A DNA stretch of 64,000 bases from Octopus vulgaris (GCA_951406725.2 OX597834.1:26722001-26786000); one strand, 5' to 3'; shown: positions 1-15,797, numbered from the stretch's first letter. Made by a program: numbers and translations. Notes: generated by a model not told the origin, from the sequence alone.

Positions 1-246
1 GTGGCGTCTGTGCGTGTGTGTGTGTGTGTGTGTGTGTATGTGTTGTAATGGCGTATATTTATATGGGTGTGTGCGTGTGTGTAAGGGTGTGTTTGTGTGT
101 GTGTCGGTACTTGAAAAGTTTTGGCTTACTTAATCTGTTTCATTTGTTGTTTTTTGGTATGTGTGAGTTGCGGTATTGAGGGTGTGGACAAGGGAAGACA
201 GATTCTAAGATGATTGAATACCAGTTGACAGTGACCCTCATTTAGT

Positions 247-291
<45 letters not shown>

Positions 292-369
292 AAATGTATG
301 TCCCTCACGCTCTCCGTGGTACGCAATTATTGCTTGGAATGATTATTTTCACTAAAACTTCGAGGGCAC

Positions 370-429
<60 letters not shown>

Positions 430-438
430 GTCTATCTA

Positions 439-484
<46 letters not shown>

Positions 485-651
485 CGTCCGTCCGTCCGTC
501 CGTCCACCCGCCCGCCCGCCCGCCCGTCCGTCCGTCCGTCCGTCTGTCTGTCTGTCTGTCTGTCCGTCTGTCCGTCCGTCCGTCCGTCCGTCCATCCACC
601 TACCTACCTACCTACCTACCTACCTACCTACCTATCTATCTATCTATTTAC

Positions 652-740
<89 letters not shown>

Positions 741-887
741 AGCTTGATTATTCTGAACCGATCGATGATTTTGCGAAGCGAAAAGCGCGCTGTGTTTCTC
801 TTCAAAAGTCGCCTGGATTATAAAAGTGCTCTTTTATTCATATCTGGAAGTTTTACTAATTGAACTTATAGACATAAATAAATTTAA

Positions 888-1308
888 CTTGTCCAGAGAC
901 GTGCAACCAAACGCATACCCTCCATCAGACACCTACCATATTCTGAGCGCCTTGTTTCCCTGGGCATGGATTCACTGAAGCTCCGGCGTCTGGCGACGGA
1001 CTTGGTAAACACCCACAAAGTTATCAACCACCTCACCAACAACAACACTGAACACCTTTTTGATCTCCATGTGTCTAACACACGTGGACATGTTTACAAA
1101 GTCAGAAAACAACACAGCTCCCATGACTTTCGGAAACATTTTTTCACGCTCAGAGTTGCTGAAGCATGGAATAAACTGCCTGCATCAGTTGTTGACTGCC
1201 ATGACACTGCATCCTTTAAGGCCCTCATGCTTTCCGAAATCCGCCGAAACTACACCTGATTATATATACACTTTAGATGAGTTGTAGTGCACCTGAGCAC
1301 TGTACACA

Positions 1309-1347
<39 letters not shown>
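888..1347 (+). mobile_element. 5'-truncated CR1/L2-group LINE, 3' end of ORF2 with (TTA)n tail
   Basis: Translates LVQRRATKRIP...LGMDSLKLRR...TRGH.YK...RKHFFTLRVAEAWNKLP...SFK, the typical CR1 ORF2 C-terminus; ends in (TTA)n. Confidence 0.85.
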
Positions 1348-1578
1348 TAAAGATGTTCTTTAGGATAACGTGAAATATTGAACTTCAGATAGAATAAAGT
1401 AAAATATAGCTATGAATATAAGGTGCGTAGATTATGAATTTTGATTGAAGGAATGGGGCCTCGAAACAAAAAGTTGCTGGGGGGCCTCTAAAAGGCCCGC
1501 GATGGAGCTGGCACCAGCATGACCACAGTCTAATGACTGAAGCAAGTAAAATCACCGAGCTATCCATAAAGGTATAAT

Positions 1579-1614
<36 letters not shown>

Positions 1615-1707
1615 TAATCCAAACAAGAAAACAAAAAAGACCACAACGCAAAGAGGTGGAACAATTAAAGTATTATTAGGCGCTCAGGAAAAAAGGGAAG
1701 AAGGAGG

Positions 1708-1742
1708 GTATGACGTTTCGAGCGGAGCTCTTCGTCGGAAAC
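1708..1742 (-). ncRNA. Minimal type I hammerhead-like motif (CCGACGA core) in PLE-like repeat
   Basis: Minus strand gttt-CCGACGA-a-gagc-tcc-gctc-GAAAC-GTC-atac; same family at 20497 and 57341. Confidence 0.55.
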
Positions 1743-2039
1743 ATAAGAGAAAGAAAGATCCCGAGGTGGGAGGACAGAGGGAAAAAAATGCGAGTGGTCT
1801 TCACGAGGTAAACATACTGAAAGGCGGAAGTGGTAGACAAGAGGGGACAGGTTTTCAAAGACAGGAGAGCGGAAAAAGAAGGAAGGTAAAACACAGTGTG
1901 CGAGATGAAGAGGGTGTGTGTGTGAGTGTGTGCGTGTGTGTGTATGTATGTATATGTTGGGCGACGGCTGTGTGAGTGAGTGTATATATATGTATGCTGA
2001 GAATAGGCTTTAAATCGTCAATGACCACATATAATTCAT

Positions 2040-2231
2040 CACTATAAGCACACGTATCGAAGCAAGCTGACAGAAATTTGTAAAAATATTCCGTTATTAC
2101 CGAATCGGTTCTATATCTGAGTTAATAAAGAATTTTCTCGTCAACAAGAAAATTCTTTAACCGAGACAGGAGTTATGGAACTATGGAGCTATTGTAGAAT
2201 TCCGAAACAGCGGAAATTTATGGACACACAC

Positions 2232-2290
<59 letters not shown>

Positions 2291-2345
2291 TAACCTCAAG
2301 CTAGGGAGCCTCCCCTAGTTGGTTATCGATGTAATCTGCACTTGA
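2040..2345. mobile_element. Non-autonomous Helentron/HINE-like element (tentative)
   Basis: Internal hairpin aaagaattttct...agaaaattcttt, (CA)n tract and short terminal stem-loop ctaggg...ccctag. Confidence 0.35.
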
Positions 2346-2368
2346 TATATATATATATATTGCAAGCG

Positions 2369-2668
2369 TGGAGGCGCAATGGCCCAGTGGTTAGGGCAGC
2401 AGACTCGCGGTCGCAGGATCGCGGTTTCGATTCCCAGACCGGGCGTTGTGAGTGTTTATTGAGCGAAAACACCTAAAAGCTCCACGAAGCTCCGGTAGGG
2501 GGGTGGTGGCAATCCCTGCTGTACTCTTTCACCACTCTTTCTTCTGTTGGCCTGCTCGCTTAGCCAGCGGGGTGGCGTCATTCCAAGGCTAAAACAATGC
2601 GAGCGCATTGTGACCAGCGATGTGTAACAACATCTGATGGTCTGGTCGGTCACGTGATCACGTGATAT
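2369..2668 (+). mobile_element. tRNA-derived SINE, family B
   Basis: A box tggcccagtgg and B box ggtttcgattcc; the same head and body recur at 56357 and 62381. Confidence 0.85.
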
Positions 2669-2774
2669 TGCAAGCAGGGGGCGAACCTCTACCATCTTCC
2701 AGCAGACGACAGGAAGATCTGGTAGATCGTACAGTTTCAAGCTATTTATGCTTATCCTCAGTGGTGGAACCTTC

Positions 2775-3395
2775 TCTTCTCCACTTTTGCTCGACCTCAC
2801 CTTGAATACTGCTGTCCACTGTGGTCTCCCTACACGAAACGGAATATTATGAAAGTTGAAGCTCCCCAAAGGTCAATCACGAAAAAGATAGATGGCATGT
2901 CAGACCTCGACTACTGGGGTCGACTGGAAAAGCTGAAACTGTATTCACTCCAACGTCGCCGTGAACGCTACATTATATGTATGATGTGGAAAATATTCCA
3001 CCAGCACTGTCCAAATGATGTTGGTATCACTTTCAAAATACATCCAAGACTTGGACCCCGTGCCATCCGTCCACAACAAAAATTTAAATCGCATCTCATA
3101 ACAACAATACGGCACAATTATTTCACCTCAATTGGACCCACTCTCATCAACATTACACCAGGACACGTTAAAACAGAAACTGACCACACAAAATTCAAGA
3201 AGTCTTTGGACAAATTCCTTCAAACAGTCCCGGACAAACCACCCACACCCGGATATGTCTCCGCAACACAATAACTCTCTGCTCGAATGGGCCTTGGTGC
3301 CCAAATCCTGAATTGAAAGACTTCGCCAGGTGGTGCTATTAAGTTAGACATGGCCTGGGCCAATACTGGCCAAAACCTTTCTAAGTTATTCTAAG
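2775..3395 (+). mobile_element. 5'-truncated CR1/L2-group LINE, second family
   Basis: HLEYCCPLWSP...KVEAPQRSITKKIDGMSDLDYWGRLEKLKLYSLQRRRERY...FKKSLDKFLQTVPD; its 3' UTR matches 62876-62950. Confidence 0.85.
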
Positions 3396-3707
3396 TATAT
3401 ATATATATATAAAATTAAATACAAAATGGGACAACAAAACATCCAGATAGATGATACAAAAAAACACGGATGGGTCATTCAAAGCCTTTTATCTTCAGTC
3501 AAGAACCGGATCATCCTCGCAATTTCGGCTGATTAATATATATATATACATATGCATATATGTACATACATACATACATATATATGTACATATACATGCA
3601 TATATGGGTACAGGACGTCACGAAACGTAAACAACATGAAATACGGAGAGTGTGTGTGTGTGCATGTGTTTGTTTCTCTATCGGTATGCATGTATATAGC
3701 CATGAAG

Positions 3708-3738
<31 letters not shown>

Positions 3739-4711
3739 TGTATGTATGTATGCGTGCGTGCGTGCGCGTGTGTGTGTGTGTGTGTATTTGTGTGTATGGT
3801 GTGTTTTCGTTCTTTCATTCCTTGGCGAAACTCTTTCATTTCTTCACTCCTTCCTCTTCCCTCCTCTGAAAGAACGAACTAAACAAACAACAACTAGAAC
3901 AACAACAACAACACACATTCCTTCACCTCTGCCCATTCCCCTCCGCTCCCTTCTTTTCCCCCCTCTCCCATCTCCCCCTCCCCACCCCATTTAATGAGAC
4001 CCATTTAAAGTGTCTGATTTCTCCTGGCGGCGTCTGACAAGTTCTTGAGGTGGAATTGGTGGTGCCGAGGGGTGGTGGTGGTGGATCAGTAAGAGGAAGA
4101 GCAGTGAGAGAGGGGTGAGAGAGAGAGAGAGAGAGAGGGAGAAAGAGGGAGTGAGAGAGAGAGAGAGGGAGAAAGAGGGAGTGAGAGAGAGACGTATCTC
4201 TCCTTTTCTTCTTTCCACCTCCTATTCCCATCCACCCGTCCACCCGCCCGCCCGCCCGCCTTCTCACTAAAAACCTCATCTGGGTGTAACGGGCTAACAT
4301 CCAACAGGACACACCCCTCCGTTGACCAGGCAAAGAGGACGAAACGAGACAAAATTGCTCGCTTGACATTTGGAAAAATAAATTGAAGCATAGGGAGGGG
4401 GAGGGGGCGGGGAGGAGGAGATAATGTGGTGATGATGATGGTGATGGTTGTGATGATGGTGGTGGTGGTGGTGGAAGCTGGTACTGATGGCGATGATGGT
4501 GGTAGTGGTGGTGGTGGTGGTGGCGACCACGACGGCAAGGACAACGGGCGACAACGACGACAACCACAGAAAAAAAAGGACACAAAAATGTAAGCTCATA
4601 CCTTCCCCCCTCCCGCCAATGGGGGTGGGTGGGGTAGGATGAGTGGATGGGATGGGGGTGAATAAAGAGGACAAGATGCTCTGTGGTAGGATTTTTGAAA
4701 AACCTATGTGT

Positions 4712-4776
<65 letters not shown>

Positions 4777-5011
4777 GTTTGCTAGATTGTAACGAGGCAC
4801 AGCGTCACACGTTTTGATTGAATTACTCCCCCTTCTCTATCCCGGTTCGTGTTTGGATGACCCCCGAATTGGGGGAATGTTTAGAGCATGAGAAAAAATG
4901 CTTAGCGGTTTTCAGTGATTCAACTCTATGTTTTGTGTTGCGAATCCCGCTGAGATCTCATTTCGTGCATGGAAGCTGTGTGTGGTTTTCCAAAATGAAT
5001 GTACGTCTTCA

Positions 5012-5048
5012 GGCGTAGGAGTGGCTGTGTTGTAAGAAGTTTTCTTCC

Positions 5049-5080
<32 letters not shown>

Positions 5081-5375
5081 ATGTGTGTGTATATTTGTGT
5101 GTCTGTGTTTGTCCCCCCCTCCCAGCATCGTTTGACAACCGATGGTGTGGTGTGTTTACGTCACCGTAACTTAGCGGTTCGGCAAAAGAGACCGATAGAA
5201 TAAGTACCAGTCTTACAAAGAATAACTCATGGGGTCGATTTGCAACAAAAGAGACCGATAAAATAAGTACTAGGCTTACAAAGAATAAGTCCTGGGGTCG
5301 ATTTGCTCGACTAAAGGCGGTGCTCCAGCATGGCCACAGTCAAACGACTGAAACAAGTAAAAGAGTAAAGAGTAA
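5012..5375 (+). mobile_element. SINE family A, internally deleted
   Basis: Head ggcgtaggagtggctgtg, internal microsatellite and tail ...gactgaaacaagtaaaagagtaa as in the 6557 copy. Confidence 0.8.
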
Positions 5376-5954
5376 AAAGATTAATGCGTTGTGATTAAGC
5401 TTTAATTGACGGAATCTACATGAAAAGAGCCCCACCTGTTGGTATGGCTCCGGCCAACAGGTGGTGGTGGTCATAATACTTCACTCGGTTTAACACACAC
5501 AGAACCCTCTCAATTTCCTTGGGTTCCTTTAGTGCAGAGTTTCTCAAATTCCTTTGATTCCTGTTTTACACGGGAGGATCCTCATAATCATTTGAAGTTA
5601 AAGTAAAACCATTTTATATTTTCATAATTAAATGTTTAATTAAATGTTTAATTAAATACTATTAGCGATTGCAACTTTTATCTTTTATACTTGTTTCAAG
5701 TCTTTGACTGTAGCCATACTGGAACATCATCTTGAAAGGTTTCTAGTCGAAAAAAATCGACCCAAGGAATTATCTGTGTCTTTAAGCCTGGTACTTATTT
5801 CATCGGTCTCTCTAGCTGAACCGCTAAGTTACAAGGACGTAAACACACCATCACCGGTTGTTAAGAGGTGGTAGTGGTCGGAATCAACACAGTCACATAG
5901 ACACGCACACAATTATATATACTTACACACACACACACACACACACGTACCCTA

Positions 5955-6375
5955 TCTTGCTCAGCATACAACTCTCCAGGAAACCGTCCAGAAACGGGCA
6001 ACAAAACGAATACTCGCCCCGTCAGGAATCTACCATTGTTTATGCATTTTGCTTCCCCTGGGGATGGTCACATTGAAGCTCAGACGTCTGGCAACGGACT
6101 TGGTAGACACCCACAAGATTATCCCCCCATCTTTCCAACAACCTTGGACACCTTTTTGAACTCCATATGTCAAACACTTGTGGACATGACTTTCGCAAAA
6201 AATTTTTTCACGCTCAGAATTATTGAAGCATAAAATAAATTACCCGCATCAGTTGTTAGCTGTTGAGACACTACATCCTTCAAACCTTCCATGCTTCCTG
6301 AAATCCGCCAACAGTACACCTGATGGCTTTTTTTCTTAGTTGTAGTGCACCTGAGCACTGTATACAACAATTTCT
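5955..6375 (+). mobile_element. Decayed copy of the 888-1347 CR1-like LINE 3' end
   Basis: Colinear nucleotide similarity (ttttcacgctcaga...gaaatccgcc...tgtagtgcacctgagcactgta). Confidence 0.8.
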
Positions 6376-6379
6376 TTCA

Positions 6380-6513
<134 letters not shown>

Positions 6514-6556
6514 TTAATATATATATAATTATATATATATATATATAATTATTAAT

Positions 6557-6973
6557 AGGCGCAGGAGTGGCTGTGTGGTAAGTAGCTTGCTAACCAACCA
6601 CATGGTTCCGGGTTCAGTCCCACTGCGTGGTACCTTGGGCAAGTGTCTTCTACTATAGCCTCGAGCCGACCAAAGCCGTGTGAGTGGATTTGGTAGACGG
6701 AAACTGAAAGAAGACCGTCGTATATATGTATATATATATATATGTGTGTGTGCGTATATGTTTGTGTGTCTGTGTTTGTCCCCCTAGCATTGCTTGACAA
6801 CCGATGCTGGTGTGTTTACGTCCCCGTTACTTAGCGGTTCGGCAAAAGAGACCGATAGAATAAGTACTGGGCTTACAAAAGAATAAGTCCCGGGGTCGAG
6901 TTGCTCGATTAAAGGCGGTGCTCCAGCATGGCCGCAGTCAAATGACTGAAACAAGTAAAAGAGTAAAGAGTAA
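6557..6973 (+). mobile_element. Full-length SINE family A (tRNA head, CORE-like segment, internal microsatellite, GAGTAAA tail)
   Basis: A box tggctgtgtgg, B box ggttcagtcc, segment accttgggcaag; more than 12 copies or fragments in the window. Confidence 0.9.
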
Positions 6974-7261
6974 AGAGAGAGAGAATATAAAACTCCAAAG
7001 CAACAGGGAAAAACAAACTCAATTTAGTAATACTAAATCAAATTTCACGATATACTAAATATATATAGAATTAAGAGATAGAATCTCCATAAAGTAATTC
7101 ACTTAATACTGAAAGATATATAAATTTAAATATATTATTATTAATGTTGTACTAAAAAATTCAATTTGTAGACGGAAACTGAAAGAAGCTCGTCGTATAC
7201 ATACATACATACATACATACATACATACATACATACATACATACATACATACATACATACA

Positions 7262-7298
<37 letters not shown>

Positions 7299-7451
7299 AT
7301 ATAAATATAAATATAAATATTTTTTTTTTAACAAAACTGTCCGAACAGGTTTTGCTGAATTTCTGCTGCTTTTAAATAAAGCATATTACTCTACCCCTGG
7401 TATTTGAGTACTCTTTTTTCCACCTTGTTTCACATTTATGTGTTTACTCCG

Positions 7452-7515
<64 letters not shown>

Positions 7516-8045
7516 ACGACGGGCTTCTTTCAGTTTCCGTCTACAAAATCCACTTACAAGGCTTTGGTCAGCCCGAGGCTTATAGTATGATAGAAGACAC
7601 TTGTCCAATGTGTCAGGCAGTGGGACTGAAACCGGAACCATGTTGCTGGGATATAGAGGTGAGACCAATTCATTATACATAAATTTTTACAGCTAAATCA
7701 CATATGCACTCCCAAGGGTCACGTGAACCCCCGGCTGAGAACCACTGCTTTAGCTGCAAGCATCTACTCAGCCGCAAGCATTTGGGTCAAAGATTCCAAT
7801 TGGGGAGCAAATTCCTGTCATCTTCTCCCCATCAGTCAGACTCAGGGAATATTTGGAAACGGGGTCATGGGTGTCGCTCTTCCGCCTCGCCTCTGACTAA
7901 GACATAAAAAAAAAATATGAAAATAAAATAGAAAATAAAAATAGAATGAAACAAAAGAAAAAACCAGTGGCTCCCTCTTTGGCTCGGCTCTATAAAAGCA
8001 AGTAGCAAGAAATCTCAGGAATTCTCTCGTGACCTTTTCCGAGGA

Positions 8046-9183
<1,138 letters not shown>

Positions 9184-9508
9184 ATAGTGGTGTTTCGTTT
9201 CGGTAAAAATGGATAAAAGACTTATATGATACCAGCGCAACGCAGCTCTTCCTTTCCAGCTCTCCACTTTCTCTCTCGCTCCATCGTCTCTTTCTGTCTG
9301 TCTGTCTGTCTGTCTGACTGTCTCACTTTTCTCACTTTCTCTCGGTCTCTTTCGACCCCCCTCTCTCAATTTTTGCGCTCTCGCTTCTTTTTACTGTCTC
9401 TTTCACTATGTGTGTGTATGTTTGTGTGCGTGTGTGTGTGTGTGTATCTGGGTTTTATATACACTCACAGACATAAAATTACATAATACACACAAACACC
9501 GGTCTTTA

Positions 9509-9554
<46 letters not shown>

Positions 9555-10539
9555 CATTTATGCGTCTATAGTTTCGTTCGCCCAGTCTCCCTGTATTACT
9601 CTTCTCACTCGAATTTTTTCTCCTTCTCTCTTCTTCCTCCCACCCCCTTCTCTCTCTCTCTCTCAGACTCTTCTTCTCTAACTTCTTGGCAAGTTTCTCA
9701 TACTTTTTGTCAGGTTTTGCTGTTTTTATCGCTGCTGCTGGTTGGTGGTGTGTCGTTGTTCTTGTTGGTATTGTCGTTGCTGTCTTTTGATATAATGTTG
9801 TTAATATATGCTGTTGATGATGTTGTTGTCGCTGTCATTGTTGTCCTTGGTGTTGTTGCTGTTGCTGTTGTAGAACATGATGATGATGATGATGAAGATG
9901 TGGATGATGATGATGGTGATGATGATGATGACGACAACGACAACGATGATGGCAACGACGACGACGATGATGATGATGACACTTATAATGACAACGATTA
10001 TGAAGATGGTAATGATGATAATGATGATGATGACGATGATGACGATGATGATGACGGCGATGATGATGATGACGATGATGAAGATGACGATGACAACGAC
10101 AACGATGATGAATATGACGATGATGACGCTTGTGATGACAACGATTATGATGATAATGATGATGATAGTCACATTGTTATTGTAGGCGTCCTTGTCTGGT
10201 TTTAGTTTTAATACTTTTGGTCAAATACAGCTGGGGATGGTGGGAGGAGGTGGATAGTAACAGGGGTGGCGAAGAGGAGGGGGTAGCAACGTGTAGATGT
10301 GGAGGCTGGCATGGAGGGTGGTGGAGTTAGTATGTGAGGGTGGGGTGGGATTCTAATTGTTGTTTGAAGAGAAACAATCCTTGCTTCCCTTTTAAAAGAG
10401 GTCAGGATGTAGGATTTTATCTAATAATTGAGAGAAAAAGGGGAAACAATGATAGAGAGTGAGAGTGAGAGAGACAGAGAGAAAGGGAAAAAGGAGGGAG
10501 GAAAGGGGGATAAATATATACTATATATATATATTCTTT

Positions 10540-10743
10540 TAATCTTTTATTTGTTTCAGTCATTTGACTGCGGCTAAGCTGGAGCACCGCATTTAGTCGA
10601 ACAAATCGGCCCCAGGACTTATTCTTTTGAAAGTCTAGTACCTATTCTATCGGGCGCCTTTGCCGGACCGTTACGTTACGGTTACCTAAACACATCAACA
10701 TCAGTTGTCAAGCGATGGTGGGAGGACAAACGCGGACACACAA

Positions 10744-10815
<72 letters not shown>

Positions 10816-10988
10816 ATATACATACATGCGACGGGCTTCTTTTAGTTTTCGTCTACCAAATCCACTCACGGGGCTTTGACTCAGGCTGTAGCACAAGACA
10901 CTTGCCGAAGGTGCCACGCAGTGGGACTGAACCCGGAACCATGTGGTTGGAAAGCAAGCTACTGACCACACAGCCACTCCTGCGCCTA
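10540..10988 (-). mobile_element. SINE family A
   Basis: Reverse complement of the 6557 element. Confidence 0.85.
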
Positions 10989-11030
10989 TGTATGTATATG
11001 ACAAGGGAGGTTTAAGATAGGCAGAGAGAA

Positions 11031-11083
<53 letters not shown>

Positions 11084-11096
11084 ACGAAGAGACAGA

Positions 11097-11135
<39 letters not shown>

Positions 11136-11289
11136 CACATATATGATGTGTGGTAAGAAATTTGCTTCACAGCCACCTACATGGTTCCGGGTTCAATGCA
11201 CTGCGTGTCACCTTGGGCAAGTGTCTTCTACTGTAGTCACGGGCCGATATATAAATGGAGACAGAAATAATAATAAATGCATAGAAAGA

Positions 11290-11375
11290 CAGAGAGAGAG
11301 AGAGAAGGAAGGCGAGAGAGAGAGAAGAGGAGAGGGTGGTATGATGGGTTGAAGTAAGAAATATAGAGAGACAGT

Positions 11376-11412
<37 letters not shown>

Positions 11413-11485
11413 AAGGAAGACGAGAGAGAGAGAGAAGAGGAGAGGGTGGTATGATGGGTTGAAGTAAGAAATATAGAGAGACAGT

Positions 11486-11524
<39 letters not shown>

Positions 11525-11597
11525 AAGGAAGACGAGAGAGAGAGAGAAGAGGAGAGGGTGGTATGATGGGTTGAAGTAAGAAATATAGAGAGACAGT

Positions 11598-11635
<38 letters not shown>
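11290..11635. repeat. About 3 tandem copies of a ~120 bp GA-rich unit
   Basis: gaagaggagagggtggtatgatgggttgaagtaagaaatatagagagacagtggcag occurs three times. Confidence 0.9.
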
Positions 11636-11637
<2 letters not shown>

Positions 11638-11840
11638 TGTGATCTGTATTTTAAAGCGTACTTTCATGTAACTGGTCTCCATTGAACTGGCATCTGTTTT
11701 GGATCAACAGGTGATCAAAATTGTGAATTGTTATGAATATTTTCGTTTAGGTTCTCAATTTCTATACTTTTGTTATTTCCTATCCTATTCAGGTTTTTAT
11801 TTAAGTAGCCACATTTTTATTTATTATACAGTTTTATGTA

Positions 11841-11892
<52 letters not shown>

Positions 11893-12216
11893 GCAAATAA
11901 GAAAATCGAGAAACAAATTTTGGTTTGTTCATCAACTTACGGATATTATAATGTTGGATTATTTATTCATTTTACAAATGAGAACATCAAAAGCATACAA
12001 AAATATTATATAAATCAATAGATAAGATAATAATACAAATACAGATTTTAAAAGTCATAGTACAAATTAATGAGATTCTAAAATTTACTTCTTACAGCTG
12101 TTTCAGCCTATGGTCAAAAGTAAATTTAATTTTCATTGCCTATAGATGTCAACATACTAAGGTTTGGATAAATGATATCCCATAGTGGGTTATACCCATA
12201 ACCCCTATCTTTTTTC

Positions 12217-12258
<42 letters not shown>

Positions 12259-12400
12259 GTGTACATTTAAACACAAGAGAAATTACCTTTAACAGGTAAT
12301 TTTACATACTAGAAGAAGTAGTCAAAACGACCGAACCCACATTTAAGAGCAATTTCGAAGAAAATGAAAAATAAAAAACTTTTACCTTGTTATTTTTTTA

Positions 12401-12473
12401 CGGTTATACCTAGATTTCAAACTTTTTTTAGCAAATAAATTAATTTGCCAGGCGAAATTCTCATCAGTAACCG
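12401..12473 (-). ncRNA. Type I hammerhead ribozyme with extended stem II
   Basis: cggtta-CTGATGA-(long stem II including gcaaat/atttgc)-GAAA-tctagg-TA-taaccg; perfect 6 bp stem I. Confidence 0.75.
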
Positions 12474-12594
12474 CACCATAACATTAACATATAATTTAGA
12501 GACAAATAACACGTGTCTCATCATTATATGTTATAATTTTTCAAATTCACGCGCAGTTTCAGTCGACGGTAAATGAAAAATGCCAAACCGGGAG

Positions 12595-12767
12595 TACCGC
12601 CTTTAGTTGAGCAAATCGACCCCAGGACTTATTCTTTGTAAGCATATTACTTATTCTATCGGTATCTTTTGCCGAACCGCTAAGTTACGGAGATGTAAAC
12701 ACACCAGCATCTGTTGTCAAGCGATGTTGGGGGACAAACAAAGGTACACAAACACACACACACAAAA

Positions 12768-12799
<32 letters not shown>

Positions 12800-12805
12800 G
12801 CATAT

Positions 12806-12861
<56 letters not shown>

Positions 12862-12972
12862 ACGACGGCTTCTTTCAGTTTCCGCCTACCAAATCCACTC
12901 ACAAGGCTTTGGTCGACCCGAGGCTATATTAGAAGACACTTGGCCAAGGTGTCACGCAGTGGGACTGAACCC
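12595..12972 (-). mobile_element. SINE family A, truncated
   Basis: Similarity to the 6557 element. Confidence 0.8.
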
Positions 12973-12984
12973 AGTATCGTGTAG

Positions 12985-13031
<47 letters not shown>

Positions 13032-13401
13032 TACATAGATAACGTGTGTGTTTGTGTTTGTGTGTGTGTGTCCGAGGGTGGCTTGTACCCGCTTCTTACA
13101 TCCTCTTCTATGTCATTTGACATTGTAAGAGAAGAAACCAAAATCGGTGCATGACAAATACCTCAGTAAACAGAGCCATCTACATTTTAACTTCATCTCT
13201 AATTGTCCCTAATTCTCTCCCCCTGCCCTCATCCCACACCTTACACATAATTCATCTCTCTCTTTCTCTTCCTTTCCTTCTCTCTCCGGCTTCTCTCTCT
13301 CTCTCTCTCGCTTTAATTGTTTGTTCGTCTCTTTCTCTTTAATCTCTGCTCACTCATTTCAACGGCAAACGTCTCCTGTAGCTGACCTACCCTAAATAGT
13401 G

Positions 13402-13470
<69 letters not shown>

Positions 13471-13559
13471 ACACGTATTTGTATCTATTTATACGTATGT
13501 ATATATATATATATATATGTATATGTGTGTGTGTACACATACATATGTATATATGTGTG

Positions 13560-13610
<51 letters not shown>

Positions 13611-13651
13611 TATATAGACATGCCCATGCAAAATAGCTACTTCTACACATA

Positions 13652-13687
<36 letters not shown>

Positions 13688-15265
13688 TGTATATATATAT
13701 ACATACGCGTGCACACACACTTATATGCATAGACATATACATACATTAATCCTTATTTGCTCATATATACATATATACAGATCCGTACATAAATACAGAC
13801 ATAGAAATACGCCTACAGACATACATCTATATATATACACACACATGCAAATATGCGTATACACGCATGTACGTATGAACATAAATACACATACGCGTAT
13901 TCACACATTTGTGCACATTCATACACACATACACATAGATGTTAATACGATTATACAGATACATAACTACTTACATATACGCATACATTCGCACGTTTAC
14001 ACATACATACACACATATCCATCCCTGCATCCATCCACGTATACATATAATCACGCATATATCCACACATACAAACACACCTACATAGATCCACCCATCT
14101 GTCCATTCATACATACATACAAACATACACAGACACATACATACATTCGTACATGCACAAATACATACATACATTCATACATACATAAATGCATGCATAT
14201 ACACACACACACACATATATATAAACACATATATATGCATACGCACTCATTAATGTATGCATACATACACACATACATACATACATACACACATGCATAC
14301 ATACATACAAACACATATACATACACACACATACATACAGACACATGCATATATACATACATATACATACATACATTCAAACATACATACATACACACAT
14401 ACATACATACATACATACATACATTCAAACATACATACATACATACATACATACATACATACATTCAAACATACATACATACATACATACATACATACAT
14501 ACATACATACATACATACATACATACATACATACATACATACATACGGGTATGCAATATGATGTTATAGGCTAGTTTAACAGTGTCCGTTTACTCCCCCG
14601 CCGCTCCGGTCTTGCCCCACACCCTCTGTCATTCCATTCCATAAAGACAGATAATAAAGCCATTTTGAAAGCAACAATTACGTTAAGCAAACACACACAC
14701 ACACACGTCCGTATACACACTAATACAATCATAGACAAACACATGTATATATATATATATGTGTATAGACACACACATAAGGAGTTGAGTGTAGTGATTT
14801 GCATAGGAGTGGGAAACTTGAGCGGGTGAATGCGATGTTAGACGAAAACTATGACCGCCACCATTACAGTCACTTTTACAACCGATGCCACAGCCAACAC
14901 CTCCGCCAGCGTCGACACCACCACCGGCACCACCACCACCACTATCACCACCACTACCACTACCACCACCACCACCACCACCACCACCACCACCACCACC
15001 ACCACCACCACCACAACCACTACCACCACCACCACTACAACCACCACCACCACCACCACAACCACCACCACCACCACCACCATCTTAACCAAACATAACA
15101 GCAGTAGAGGCAGCAGCAGCAGCAGTACCACCACCACCACCATCACCACCATCATCATCACCACCACCACTACCATCATCACCATTGTGTTTGTCTTCAA
15201 ATGTCCCGCGTTCTTCAAAACCCACAAAAACAACAAAAACAAAAACTCAACCACGTACACATACA

Positions 15266-15325
<60 letters not shown>

Positions 15326-15408
15326 GAAATGCGTACACACAGACACACACACACACACATAAACACAAAACAACAACGAAAGCAACAAAGGAAAGTACCC
15401 CGCCTCTT

Positions 15409-15445
<37 letters not shown>

Positions 15446-15495
15446 AAAAGCAAACATCAAAATTGCAGAAAACAAATCAAAGCTCACGCACATAG

Positions 15496-15542
<47 letters not shown>

Positions 15543-15718
15543 CACACACACTCACACGCACACACACGCACACACACATACACAGACACACACACGCACA
15601 TACACATACACATACACAGACACACACGCATTCCCACCGTCTCCATTTATAAAGTTTCAGCTTAATTATGAATAATTTAGCAATTATGAAAATAGCTATA
15701 ATTAGGGCCGTATTATTA

Positions 15719-15797
<79 letters not shown>

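Noticed and set aside
2372-2445. tRNA gene
   Set aside because: tRNA-like SINE head continuing into a repeat body; no complete acceptor stem or terminator
3470-3537. Hammerhead on the minus strand (CTGAAGA plus nearby GAAA), also near 37590
   Set aside because: Could not assemble consistent stems and a UH site
6552-6800. Recurrent peptide ...DGLLSVSVYQIHSQGFG...GLNPEPCGW as a gene family
   Set aside because: Antisense translation of SINE A copies
9660-9740. Minus-strand peptide KPDKKYEKLAKKLEKK as an exon
   Set aside because: No usable splice sites; purine-rich low complexity
11290-11635. CRISPR-like array
   Set aside because: Eukaryotic context; intervening sequences are identical or microsatellite, not unique spacers
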